Shown: in pieces, positions 1-7,655 of the stretch | Layout: each line of letters opens with the position of its first letter | Position numbering within the stretch: position 1 is the first letter of the stretch | The notes under the pieces: model-generated | Database searches by the model: none | What the model was told of the DNA's origin: nothing | What the model saw: only the letters and a program-made list of their open reading frames with translations | Assembly: GCA_009908885.1 (NCBI GenBank) | Contig: JAAAOL010000315.1 | Coordinates: 1-61,052 of the forward strand | Source of the DNA: Bacteroidota bacterium | GTDB lineage: Bacteria; Bacteroidota; Rhodothermia; Rhodothermales; JAAAOL01 | DNA: 61,052 nt | Direction: 5' to 3' | Program-made: the position numbers and the translations under genes

Positions 1-671
1 AGTGTGGACAGGTTTTGACTCGTCCGCCCGATGGCGCTGACGATGCCCGCCGTCACGGTGTTGCTGAGCTCGAGCGAGAAAGGGGAGCCGAAGGCGAGGA
101 CCCACTGGCCCACGCGCACGTCGTCCACCGAGCCGAAGGACATCTCTGGCAGCCCCTCGGCGTCGATCTTGAGGACCGCCAGGTCGCTCGCGGGATCGGT
201 GCCCACGACGTCGCCGTCGTAGCTCGTTCCGTCGGCCAGCACCACCTGCAACTCATCCGCATCCTCGATGACGTGATTGTTGGTGATGACGTAGCCGTCG
301 GACTGGACGATCACGCCGGAGCCCAGGCCCTGCGCACGGTACTCGCGCTCCTGACCGTCGGGCGTGTTGAAGAAGTCCTCGAAGGGCGTGCCTTCGAACA
401 TGTTGGGGACCCGGCGCTGCTGCACCCGCTCAGCGCGGATCTGCACGACCGTGGGGTTCACCGACTCGGACACCTGCGTGAAGGCATCTTCGAGGCTGGC
501 GACGCTGGTCGTCGCGTTCGTCGCCTCGATACGGGTGTCACCGGCGCGGCTCTCCGTGGCCACGCGATCGCCAGCATCGAACCAGTTGGCGCCGGCCGTG
601 GTGAAGAGGACCCCAGCCACGAAAGCCACGATGACGACGGCCGCGATGGATACTTTTCCTGTTGCACTCAT
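1..671 (-). CDS. HtrA/DegP-family periplasmic serine protease, N-terminal part (gene runs off the left edge)
   Basis: Own reverse-strand translation from the ATG at 669-671. It reads MSATGKVSIAAVVIVAFVAGVLF (membrane anchor), then GSGVIVQSDGYVITNNHVIEDA, DLAVLKID and GIVSAIGR, the HtrA His and Asp motifs. It is absent from the ORF track because no stop lies in the window. The listed 15..710 + ORF is its antisense shadow. Confidence 0.8.
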   Translation of the reverse strand, partial: MSATGKVSIAAVVIVAFVAGVLFTTAGANWFDAGDRVATESRAGDTRIEATNATTSVASLEDAFTQVSESVNPTVVQIRAERVQQRRVPNMFEGTPFEDFFNTPDGQEREYRAQGLGSGVIVQSDGYVITNNHVIEDADELQVVLADGTSYDGDVVGTDPASDLAVLKIDAEGLPEMSFGSVDDVRVGQWVLAFGSPFSLELSNTVTAGIVSAIGRTSQNLST

Positions 672-1003
672 CAGATAGGTCGAATGTATGATCTCGGGAA
701 ATGGCGATAGAACCAGGCCGCATCCGTCATTTCGACAGGCGATGCAGCGGGGGTGATCTACTGGTGCCCGTCGAAAAAAACGTGCCGACCTGGAGGTTTC
801 GTGTGCGGCGTGGCCTCAGAGTGTGAAAAAATTAGCACGAATCGATGGATGGCCCCGTGCTGCATGCAATCAGGGCTCCCACCACACCGGGGGACGGCGA
901 GGCAAAGAGCCCTGATCGACGCGTTTCGCGCCGCGATGTCGCCACGACCGCACACCCATCGTATCGTTCAGGCGACGGTCGCGTTTCTGTGGTAGGAATA
1001 CAG

Positions 1004-2404
1004 TTACGATCCCGGGATGCCAGGCTCGGTCATCTCGCGCACGTCGAGGACCTCGTCCAGCTCATCCTCTGACAGCAGATCCATCTCCAGCACGACGTCC
1101 CGCACGGAGCGGCGGGAGGCCGCGGCCTTCTTGGCGACCGTCGAGGCTTTGTCGTACCCGATGGCGGCGTTCAGCGCCGTCGCGATGGACGGATTCAGCT
1201 CCAGCAGCTCGCGGCACCGCTCCCGGTCGGCTTCGATGCCCTCCAGGCAGTGCGTGTGGAAAGCCTCGCAGCCGTTCGCCAGGATGTCGATGCTCTGAAG
1301 CATCGCGTGCGTCATCACCGGCATCATGACGTTCAGCTCGAAGTTGCCGTGCTGCCCGCCGACGGTGATAGTGGTGTGGTTACCCATCACGCGGGCGGCG
1401 ACCATCATCACGGCCTCGCTCATCACCGGGTTCACCTTGCCGGGCATGATGGACGACCCCGGCTGGATGGCCGGCAGCTTGATTTCGGACAGGCCGCTCG
1501 TCGGACCGCTGGAGAGATGGCGGATGTCGTTGACGATCTTCAGCAGCGACACGGCCAGCGTGTTGAGCGCGCCGTGCGCCATGACGAAGGCGTCCTTGCC
1601 CGCCTGCGCCTCGAAATGATTCGCTGCCTCGCGGAAGGGAAGGCCGGTCGTCTCGTTGATGTAGTCGATGGCGCGGGCCGGGAAGTCGGGAGGGCGATTG
1701 ATGCCGGTGCCAGTCGCCGTACCGCCGAGGGCCACCTCGCTGAGCTCTTCGATGGCCTGCTCGACCCGTCGGATGCCGTGGTCGATCTGGGCCGCGTAGC
1801 CGCCGAACTCCTGGCCGAGCCGCACGGGCGTCGCATCCATCAGGTGGGTCCGCCCGCTCTTGAGCACGTCGTCGAACGCGTCCGCCTTCGCCGCAAAGCC
1901 GTCGCGCAGTTGTTCGAGGGCCGGGAGCAGCTCGTCGTGCATCGCCACGCTGGCGGAGACGTGCATCGCCGTCGGGATCACGTCGTTGGACGACTGCGAC
2001 ATGTTGACGTGGTCGTTGGGGTGGACGCGCTTGCTGCCCAACTCGGCGCCGAGCGCTGCCGAGGCCGCATTGGCGATGACCTCGTTGGCGTTCATGTTGG
2101 TCGAGGTGCCGCTCCCCGTCTGGAAAATGTCGATGACGAACTGATCGTCCAGCTCCCCGGAGGCGACCCGTTCGGCGGCGGCGATGATCGCCGTGGCAGG
2201 CTCGTCGTCGAGCAGGCCGAGGTCGCGGTTAGCGCGGGCGGCGGACTGCTTGATGATGCCGAGGGCCTGGATGAAGCGGCGGGCGAAGCGCAGGTCGCTG
2301 ATCGGGAAATTGTCGACCGCTCGTTGCGTCTGTGCGCCGTAGAGGGCATCGGCCGGGACACGGACGTCACCCAGCGAATCTTTCTCGATACGGTAGTCGG
2401 CCAT
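1004..2404 (-). CDS. fumC: class II fumarate hydratase (fumarase C; aspartase/fumarase superfamily)
   Basis: MADYRIEKDSLGDVRVPADALYGAQTQRAVDNFPIS N-terminus and the GSSIMPGKVNP signature loop. The start is placed at an internal ATG (2402-2404) that gives the canonical N-terminus. Aspartate ammonia-lyase is the less likely alternative. Confidence 0.85.
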   Translation of the reverse strand: MADYRIEKDSLGDVRVPADALYGAQTQRAVDNFPISDLRFARRFIQALGIIKQSAARANRDLGLLDDEPATAIIAAAERVASGELDDQFVIDIFQTGSGTSTNMNANEVIANAASAALGAELGSKRVHPNDHVNMSQSSNDVIPTAMHVSASVAMHDELLPALEQLRDGFAAKADAFDDVLKSGRTHLMDATPVRLGQEFGGYAAQIDHGIRRVEQAIEELSEVALGGTATGTGINRPPDFPARAIDYINETTGLPFREAANHFEAQAGKDAFVMAHGALNTLAVSLLKIVNDIRHLSSGPTSGLSEIKLPAIQPGSSIMPGKVNPVMSEAVMMVAARVMGNHTTITVGGQHGNFELNVMMPVMTHAMLQSIDILANGCEAFHTHCLEGIEADRERCRELLELNPSIATALNAAIGYDKASTVAKKAAASRRSVRDVVLEMDLLSEDELDEVLDVREMTEPGIPGS

Positions 2405-2663
2405 AGGTCTGACGGTTCGGTTCGGGAGCAAATGATACCTGAAAATAGGAACGGGAGGCGGCGAGTACGAACGGGCCGCCCGGCTTCGACCGCCGAACGG
2501 CGTGCGATCCGGGTGTATTCGAGAAATCTATACACGCCGATGGGCTTCTGAGCCGTCGAGCACTCGAACCGGCTGACAGGAGACTGCGCCTTTTGTAGAT
2601 TGGACTCCGCCGACATCTCCTTCTCGGCGCTTACCCACGAATCCAGCTACCGATCCCCTGAGC

Positions 2664-3539
2664 ATGGAACTGATACGCACGGTCGACGGCATGCAGGCGC
2701 ATGCCGATGAGGCCCGTCGGGCCGGGGAGACGCTCGCGCTCGTCCCCACCATGGGGGCGCTCCACGACGGGCACCTGGCGCTCGTGCGCGCCGCCCGGCA
2801 GCGGGCCGACCACGTCACCGTCTCCATCTTCGTGAATCCCACGCAGTTCGCGCCGGACGAAGACTTCGACGAGTATCCCCGCCACCTGGAGCAGGACATG
2901 GCGGCGCTCGATACTGTGGGGGGTGTGGACGTCGTCTTTGCCCCGCCGGTGGAGGAGATGTATCCGGACGGGCAGCAGGCCCAGCGCGTGTGGGTGGACG
3001 TCGAGGAGCTAGATCAGCACCTCTGCGGTCGCTACCGGCCCGGCCACTTTCGGGGCGTGCTGACGGTGGTGATGAAGCTCTTCCAGGCCTGCAAGCCGCA
3101 CCTCGGGGTGTTCGGAAAGAAAGACGCGCAGCAATACCTGCTTCTCCGCCGTATGGCGCACGATCTGGCGATGGACGTAGAGGTCGTGGGCGTGCCAACA
3201 GTGCGGGAAACGGACGGGCTAGCACAGTCGTCGAGAAATCGCTATCTGACGCCCGACGAACGGGCCCAGGCGGTGGTGCTTTCGCGGGCGGTGCAGGCGG
3301 CGCGGAAGCGCATTCTGGGCGGGGAACAGCGCCCCACAGCCATTGTTGAAGCGGTGCGTCACGAACTGGCGCAGGCACCGGATGCGAAGGTACAGTACGC
3401 CGAGCTGGTAGACACTACCACGTTGGCGCCGGTATCCGAGTTAGAGGCCGGGCAGGAGGTCCTCGCCGCCGTGGCCGTCTACTTTGGAGATACGCGCCTC
3501 ATCGACAACGCATTCGTCCAGGTGCCGGCCGCACCCTAG
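2664..3539 (+). CDS. panC: pantoate--beta-alanine ligase
   Basis: LALVPTMGALHDGHLALV (HIGH-type motif), length 291 aa, followed directly by panD. Confidence 0.92.
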   Translation: MELIRTVDGMQAHADEARRAGETLALVPTMGALHDGHLALVRAARQRADHVTVSIFVNPTQFAPDEDFDEYPRHLEQDMAALDTVGGVDVVFAPPVEEMYPDGQQAQRVWVDVEELDQHLCGRYRPGHFRGVLTVVMKLFQACKPHLGVFGKKDAQQYLLLRRMAHDLAMDVEVVGVPTVRETDGLAQSSRNRYLTPDERAQAVVLSRAVQAARKRILGGEQRPTAIVEAVRHELAQAPDAKVQYAELVDTTTLAPVSELEAGQEVLAAVAVYFGDTRLIDNAFVQVPAAP

Positions 3540-3566
3540 CCCCACGGACAGGTCACGCGCTCGCCG

Positions 3567-3986
3567 ATGACCCTTACGATGTTCAAGGCCAAGCTTCACC
3601 CCCTTCGTGTGACGCAGGCCGAGCTCTACTACGAAGGCTCCATCACCATCGATCGCGAGCTGCTAAATGCTGCGGGCATCCTGCCGTTCGAGAAGGTGCA
3701 GGTGGTGAACGTGAACAACGGCGCCCGGCTCGAAACGTACACGATTCCGGGGGAGCGGGGGAGCCGGATCGTCTGCATGAACGGGCCTGCCGCGCGCCTC
3801 GCCGCCGAGGGCGACCACGTCATCGTCATCTCCTACGCCGAGTTGACGCCCGAGGAGGCCAAGGAGCACCGCCCCCGCGTCGTCTTGCTCGATGAAAACA
3901 ACGACCCGAAGGACGTGATTGACTATCGGGTGTCCGACCCGGAAGACCTGTCTCCACCGGTCGAGAATAAAGTCCTTAACGCTTGA
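3567..3986 (+). CDS. panD: aspartate 1-decarboxylase
   Basis: MFKAKLHPLRVTQAELYYEGSITID (contains the pyruvoyl-forming G-S site) ... VNVNNGARLETY; 139 aa. Confidence 0.92.
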   Translation: MTLTMFKAKLHPLRVTQAELYYEGSITIDRELLNAAGILPFEKVQVVNVNNGARLETYTIPGERGSRIVCMNGPAARLAAEGDHVIVISYAELTPEEAKEHRPRVVLLDENNDPKDVIDYRVSDPEDLSPPVENKVLNA

Positions 3987-4026
3987 TACCGCCGTCGTCC
4001 TCGGTGTCACTGAGATGCTATTGAAG

Positions 4027-4054
4027 GGGATGCTGCCCGCGGCATCCCTTTTTG
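4027..4054 (+). terminator. Rho-independent terminator after panCD
   Basis: GGGATGC (4027-4033) pairs with GCATCCC (4042-4048) around an 8-nt loop, followed by TTTTTG. Confidence 0.6.
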
Positions 4055-4078
4055 TATGGACCTCGATCCCAAGGCCCC

Positions 4079-5113
4079 ATGCGCCGGATTCTACTCGTCA
4101 TCGTCGCGCTGCTCGTGGCACCCATCAGCGGGCTGGCGCAATCCCCTGCTGTCCTGTATCCCATCGCTGAAGAGGGTGCGTACGGATTCATCGACCGGGC
4201 GGGGAAGGTAGTCGTGGAGCCGACCTACGACGAGGCCCAGCCGTTTTCAGAGGGGCGGGCGGCCGTCCGTGCGGGCAGCCGCTGGGGGTTCATCGACGCG
4301 ACGGGCGCCGAGGTCGTAGCGCCGCAATACCAGGCTGTCTTTCCGTTCGAGGAGGGGTACGCCCGGGTGAAGCGCGGCGGGCGCTGGGGGTTCATCGGGC
4401 CGGACGGTGCTGTCGCCATCCCACCAGCCTACCGCGAAGTGCGGGAGCTCAGGAAGGGGCTCGCCCCGGTCGAGCGTGGGGGCGAGGGCCCGTTCGACTG
4501 GATTCGGCCCGACTGGGGCTTCGTCGACTCGACGGGCGCATGGGCCATCGCTCCTGCCTATAATAACGCCCTCAGCTTCAGTGACGGCCTGGCGCCGATA
4601 GAGCGCACACGCAAATTTCTGTTCATCCGCCTCGACCGGCGCTGGGGCTTCATCGATCGGGAGGGGCAGCAGGTGCTACCGCCGCAGTATACGACGGCCC
4701 GCAGCTTCTCCGAGGGGCTGGCGCTGGTGGAAGATGACGGCATCCTCGGATTCATCGATGCCGACGGCGAGTGGGCGATCCAGCTGGAGGCCGAGCAGGC
4801 CTTTTCGTTCGCTGAGGGCCGCGCGCGGATTCGAGCGGGCGGCCAATGGGGCTACATCGACTCGACCGGCACGCGCGTCGTCCCGCCGGAGTACGATCAG
4901 GCGCAGGACTTTAGCGAAGGGCTCGCGGGCGTCCGTCAAGCCGGGCGCTGGGGCTTCATTCGACCCGATGGCAGCGAAGCCTTGCCGTTCATCTACGATC
5001 GCGTGCGTCCCTTTCAGCACGGGCTGGCGCTCGTGTGGATCGGCGGACGCCTCACCTACATCGACCCGACGGGCGCGATCATCTGGCAGGAATCCGCCGA
5101 CGACCGGGAGTAG
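4079..5113 (+). CDS. WG-repeat (KWG-type) secreted protein
   Basis: Signal peptide MRRILLVIVALLVAPISGLAQS, then about 9 copies of a repeat containing WGFID/WGYID plus xxG. The start is moved to the ATG at 4079 because the TTG at 4052 lies inside the panD terminator. Confidence 0.75.
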   Translation: MRRILLVIVALLVAPISGLAQSPAVLYPIAEEGAYGFIDRAGKVVVEPTYDEAQPFSEGRAAVRAGSRWGFIDATGAEVVAPQYQAVFPFEEGYARVKRGGRWGFIGPDGAVAIPPAYREVRELRKGLAPVERGGEGPFDWIRPDWGFVDSTGAWAIAPAYNNALSFSDGLAPIERTRKFLFIRLDRRWGFIDREGQQVLPPQYTTARSFSEGLALVEDDGILGFIDADGEWAIQLEAEQAFSFAEGRARIRAGGQWGYIDSTGTRVVPPEYDQAQDFSEGLAGVRQAGRWGFIRPDGSEALPFIYDRVRPFQHGLALVWIGGRLTYIDPTGAIIWQESADDRE

Positions 5114-5154
5114 GTCGGGAGACCGCGACACGTCCGCTGCCCGCCGACGACCGG

Positions 5155-6255
5155 TCAGGCGCCGTCCTCTTCATCCGAGCGCGCGTAGGCCTCGATGATG
5201 TCCTTCACCAGCCGGTGCCGCACGACGTCGCCCTGGTCGAAGTAGACGAAGTCGATGCCCTCGATGCCCGCCAGGATCTCCTTCGCCTCCAGCAGGCCGC
5301 TGTGGGCCGGGCTGGGCAGGTCGATCTGCGTCGTGTCGCCCGTGATGATGGCGCGGCTGTTGACGCCGAGGCGCGTCAAGAACATCTTCATCTGCTGCGT
5401 CGTGGCGTTCTGGGCCTCGTCCAGTATGACGAACGCGCTGTTGAGCGTCCGCCCGCGCATGTAGGCCAGCGGCACGATCTCGACCACGTGCTGCTCCATG
5501 AAGGCGCGCAGTTGCTCGCGCTCCAGCATGTCTTCGAGGGCGTCGTAAAGGGGCCGCAGATAGGGGTCGATCTTCTCCCGGAAGTCGCCGGGCAGGAAGC
5601 CCAGCTTTTCACCCGCCTCGACCGCCGGGCGGCAGAGCACGATGCGCTTCACCTGCCGCGACTTGAGCGCGGAGACCGCCAGGGCCACCGCCGTATAGGT
5701 CTTGCCGGTGCCCGCCGGACCGATGGCGAAGACGATGTCGTTGCGGTGGGCACGCGAGACGAGGCGGGCCTGATTCGGCGTCTTCGCCCGCACCATCCCG
5801 CCCGACGGCGTAAAGAGCACCACGTCGTCGACGTCCGGCGTCGAGCGGCTGGCCCCATCGCCCGAGGTGAACAGCGCGAGGACGGTGTCGATGTCGTTCT
5901 CGGTGAGGTTGCCGTTCCGGTTGAGGATCACGATAAGTTCGTTGACGATCCGCTCGATCGCGTCCAGGTCCTCCTTCGTGCCCTCCAGGTACATCTGGTT
6001 GCCCCGGGCGGTGATGTCAGCCTCCCCGAAGGCGTTCTCGATCTTACGGAGGTACTGGTCGTTAAAGCCGAAGAGCAGGAGGGGATCGGTCCCCTTGATG
6101 GTCAGTTCTTTTTCAGCCAACGTCGCGCGTGTGGATTGAACGGTCCTCTGTCGAAGGCGAGGCGAGAGGGCAGCCTCGGTGATGGATGGTATCCCCTGGG
6201 TGTCTACAACACAAATCGCGCTTAATAGTGCCCACCACGAGCGAGTGAGCGTCAT
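5155..6255 (-). CDS. PhoH-like ATPase
   Basis: P-loop GPAGTGKTYTAVALAV and the PhoH C-terminal domain (VILDEAQN, ITGDTTQIDLP). The start is uncertain. The ATG at 6255 leaves only 17 bp to the divergent dapF; a TTG at 6120 (MAEKELTIKG...) would give a typical ~322-aa PhoH. Confidence 0.85.
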   Translation of the reverse strand: MTLTRSWWALLSAICVVDTQGIPSITEAALSPRLRQRTVQSTRATLAEKELTIKGTDPLLLFGFNDQYLRKIENAFGEADITARGNQMYLEGTKEDLDAIERIVNELIVILNRNGNLTENDIDTVLALFTSGDGASRSTPDVDDVVLFTPSGGMVRAKTPNQARLVSRAHRNDIVFAIGPAGTGKTYTAVALAVSALKSRQVKRIVLCRPAVEAGEKLGFLPGDFREKIDPYLRPLYDALEDMLEREQLRAFMEQHVVEIVPLAYMRGRTLNSAFVILDEAQNATTQQMKMFLTRLGVNSRAIITGDTTQIDLPSPAHSGLLEAKEILAGIEGIDFVYFDQGDVVRHRLVKDIIEAYARSDEEDGA

Positions 6256-6272
6256 CGACCCGAAATCGGAGC

Positions 6273-7136
6273 ATGCAGCGAAAACTGATCGTCGAATTTA
6301 CAAAAATGAACGGGGCGGGGAATGACTTTATCGTGATCGATAATCGGTTCTTCCACTTCAGCCTCGACGACCTGGCTGGACTCGCGCGTCAGTGGTGTGC
6401 TCGCCGCACCGGCATCGGCGCGGACGGCCTCCTGGCGCTGGCGGCTCCAGATGACCCGGCAAACGACGCTCGGATGCTGTACTGGAATGCCGATGGCTCG
6501 CGCGCTACCATGTGCGGAAACGGCGCGCGCTGCCTCGCCCGCTTCGCCCGGCAGGCCGGGCTGGGCGGCCCGCAAATGCATCTCGAAACCGACGCAGGGG
6601 TGTTCAGGGTGAAGGTGCCCGACGATCCAGAGGCGCCGGTGCGGCTCTCCGGCCATGCCGTGCGCGACTGGCAGCCGGACGTGCAACTGGAGTCTTCCCT
6701 CGCCCTGGACGGCCCGCTCGCATACCTATGGACGGGAACCGAACACACCGTCTGCTTCGTGCCCAACGTGAAGGCCGCGCCCGTCATCGACACCGGGCGC
6801 CGGGTTCGATACGACCCGGCTCTGGCGCCTGCAGGAGCCAACGTGAACTTCGTGGAGGTCGTCACGCCCGGAGGGGCACGGCACCCCGCCACGCTGACCG
6901 TCCGGACGTACGAGAAAGGCGTCGAGGCCGAGACGCTGGCGTGCGGCACGGGTGCGCTGGCCGCCGCCGTGGTCGCCTGGCAGTCAGGACAGGTTGCGGC
7001 GGAGGCGCGGGCGGTGCGGGTTCAGATGCCCGGCGGAACCCTGACGGTCGGGTTCGAGGTCGCGGATGGTACGGTTCGCGACGTCTATCTGGAAGGCCCC
7101 GCGCAGTTCGTATTTCGCGGGACCGTGGAGGTGTGA
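6273..7136 (+). CDS. dapF: diaminopimelate epimerase
   Basis: FTKMNGAGNDFIVIDNR plus the two catalytic-Cys motifs (MCGNGARC and ACGTGALAA). Confidence 0.9.
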   Translation: MQRKLIVEFTKMNGAGNDFIVIDNRFFHFSLDDLAGLARQWCARRTGIGADGLLALAAPDDPANDARMLYWNADGSRATMCGNGARCLARFARQAGLGGPQMHLETDAGVFRVKVPDDPEAPVRLSGHAVRDWQPDVQLESSLALDGPLAYLWTGTEHTVCFVPNVKAAPVIDTGRRVRYDPALAPAGANVNFVEVVTPGGARHPATLTVRTYEKGVEAETLACGTGALAAAVVAWQSGQVAAEARAVRVQMPGGTLTVGFEVADGTVRDVYLEGPAQFVFRGTVEV

Positions 7137-7173
7137 TAGCATTGTCGCTTGGCGATTTGCGCAACCCTGAGAA

Positions 7174-7555
7174 CGTGGGGCGTGATGGGCACGGGCCATC
7201 ACGCCACTATGTAGATCAATGAAAGCATGTTAGCACACCGGTGCGGTTCGCCTCAGCGCTACCGTCGAGGTCTCTCCCTTTACTCGCCTACGGCTCATCA
7301 GTCGCCCTGCGGGCTCGTGTCGAGACGGGAGAACAAGAGGGATGTGCCCCCCGGACGCGGGCTGTGAGCGGACATCCTCTCTGTCTCTTACTGCATCGAG
7401 TTCAGCACAGGCTCTTCGCGGAAGGAGAGGACCCAGGCGAAACCATGACGGGCGGTACGCAAACGATCTTGGCTGATTCCACACAGCGCTTTTTCACGCA
7501 TCACGAAACACGTAACACGAAGCTATCCAGACATCGCCAAGCGAAAACGGTATGA
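7174..7555. repeat. Intergenic repeat family, long copy A (period-7 CGTG/CACG arrays with a 302-nt internal segment)
   Basis: Shares three exact strings, in the same order, with copy B at 52623-52744. GCGTGATGGGCA is at 7180-7191, TCACGCATCACG at 7494-7505 and GCGAAAACGGTAT at 7541-7553. The right array is TTTCACG CATCACG AAACACG TAACACG (7492-7519). The left end forms the hairpin GGCGTGATGGGC/GCCATCACGCC (7179-7205). Confidence 0.6.
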
Positions 7556-7592
7556 TCTAGCAGGTGGAAGACGTGAGTGCCGCCGCCGGGCG

Positions 7593-7629
7593 ACAAAAAA
7601 GGGGCGTCCCCGTCGGTCGAGAACGCCCC
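7593..7629 (-). terminator. Rho-independent terminator of the ppiD-like gene
   Basis: On the minus strand GGGGCGT ... ACGCCCC (7601-7607 / 7623-7629) is followed by TTTTTT (7595-7600), about 27 nt after the stop at 7656. Confidence 0.7.
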
Positions 7630-7655
7630 TTGAGTCCGGAATGTGCCCGCCGGGC

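Noticed and set aside
15-710. 231-aa plus-strand ORF (and small overlapping ORFs) at the left edge
   Set aside because: The translation is Arg/Gly/His/Asp-rich with no motif. The opposite strand gives a clean HtrA/DegP N-terminus with membrane anchor and catalytic motifs. This is a typical high-GC antisense shadow ORF.
1250-2551. 433-aa ORF antisense to fumC
   Set aside because: It lies entirely inside the well-supported fumC gene on the other strand. Its composition (R, H, G, D, V runs) is characteristic of the reverse frame of GC3-rich genes. The same reasoning rejects 8442..9617 +, 14198..15412 -, 22156..23439 +, 26766..27743 +, 27689..28690 +, 29821..30423 +, 30950..32035 +, 39834..40979 + and 55190..56176 +.
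7137-7655. Possibility that the large spacer encodes RNase P RNA, tmRNA, SRP RNA or a cobalamin riboswitch
   Set aside because: On neither strand could I find the invariant RNase P strings (GAGGAAAGUCCGG, ACAGAAnCCGGCUUA). I found no tmRNA acceptor/T-arm with CCA end or a plausible tag ORF, since GCAAACGATCTTGGCTGA stops after five codons. The SRP GGAAG...AGCAGCC motif and the B12 box are also absent. It remains an unclassified candidate only.
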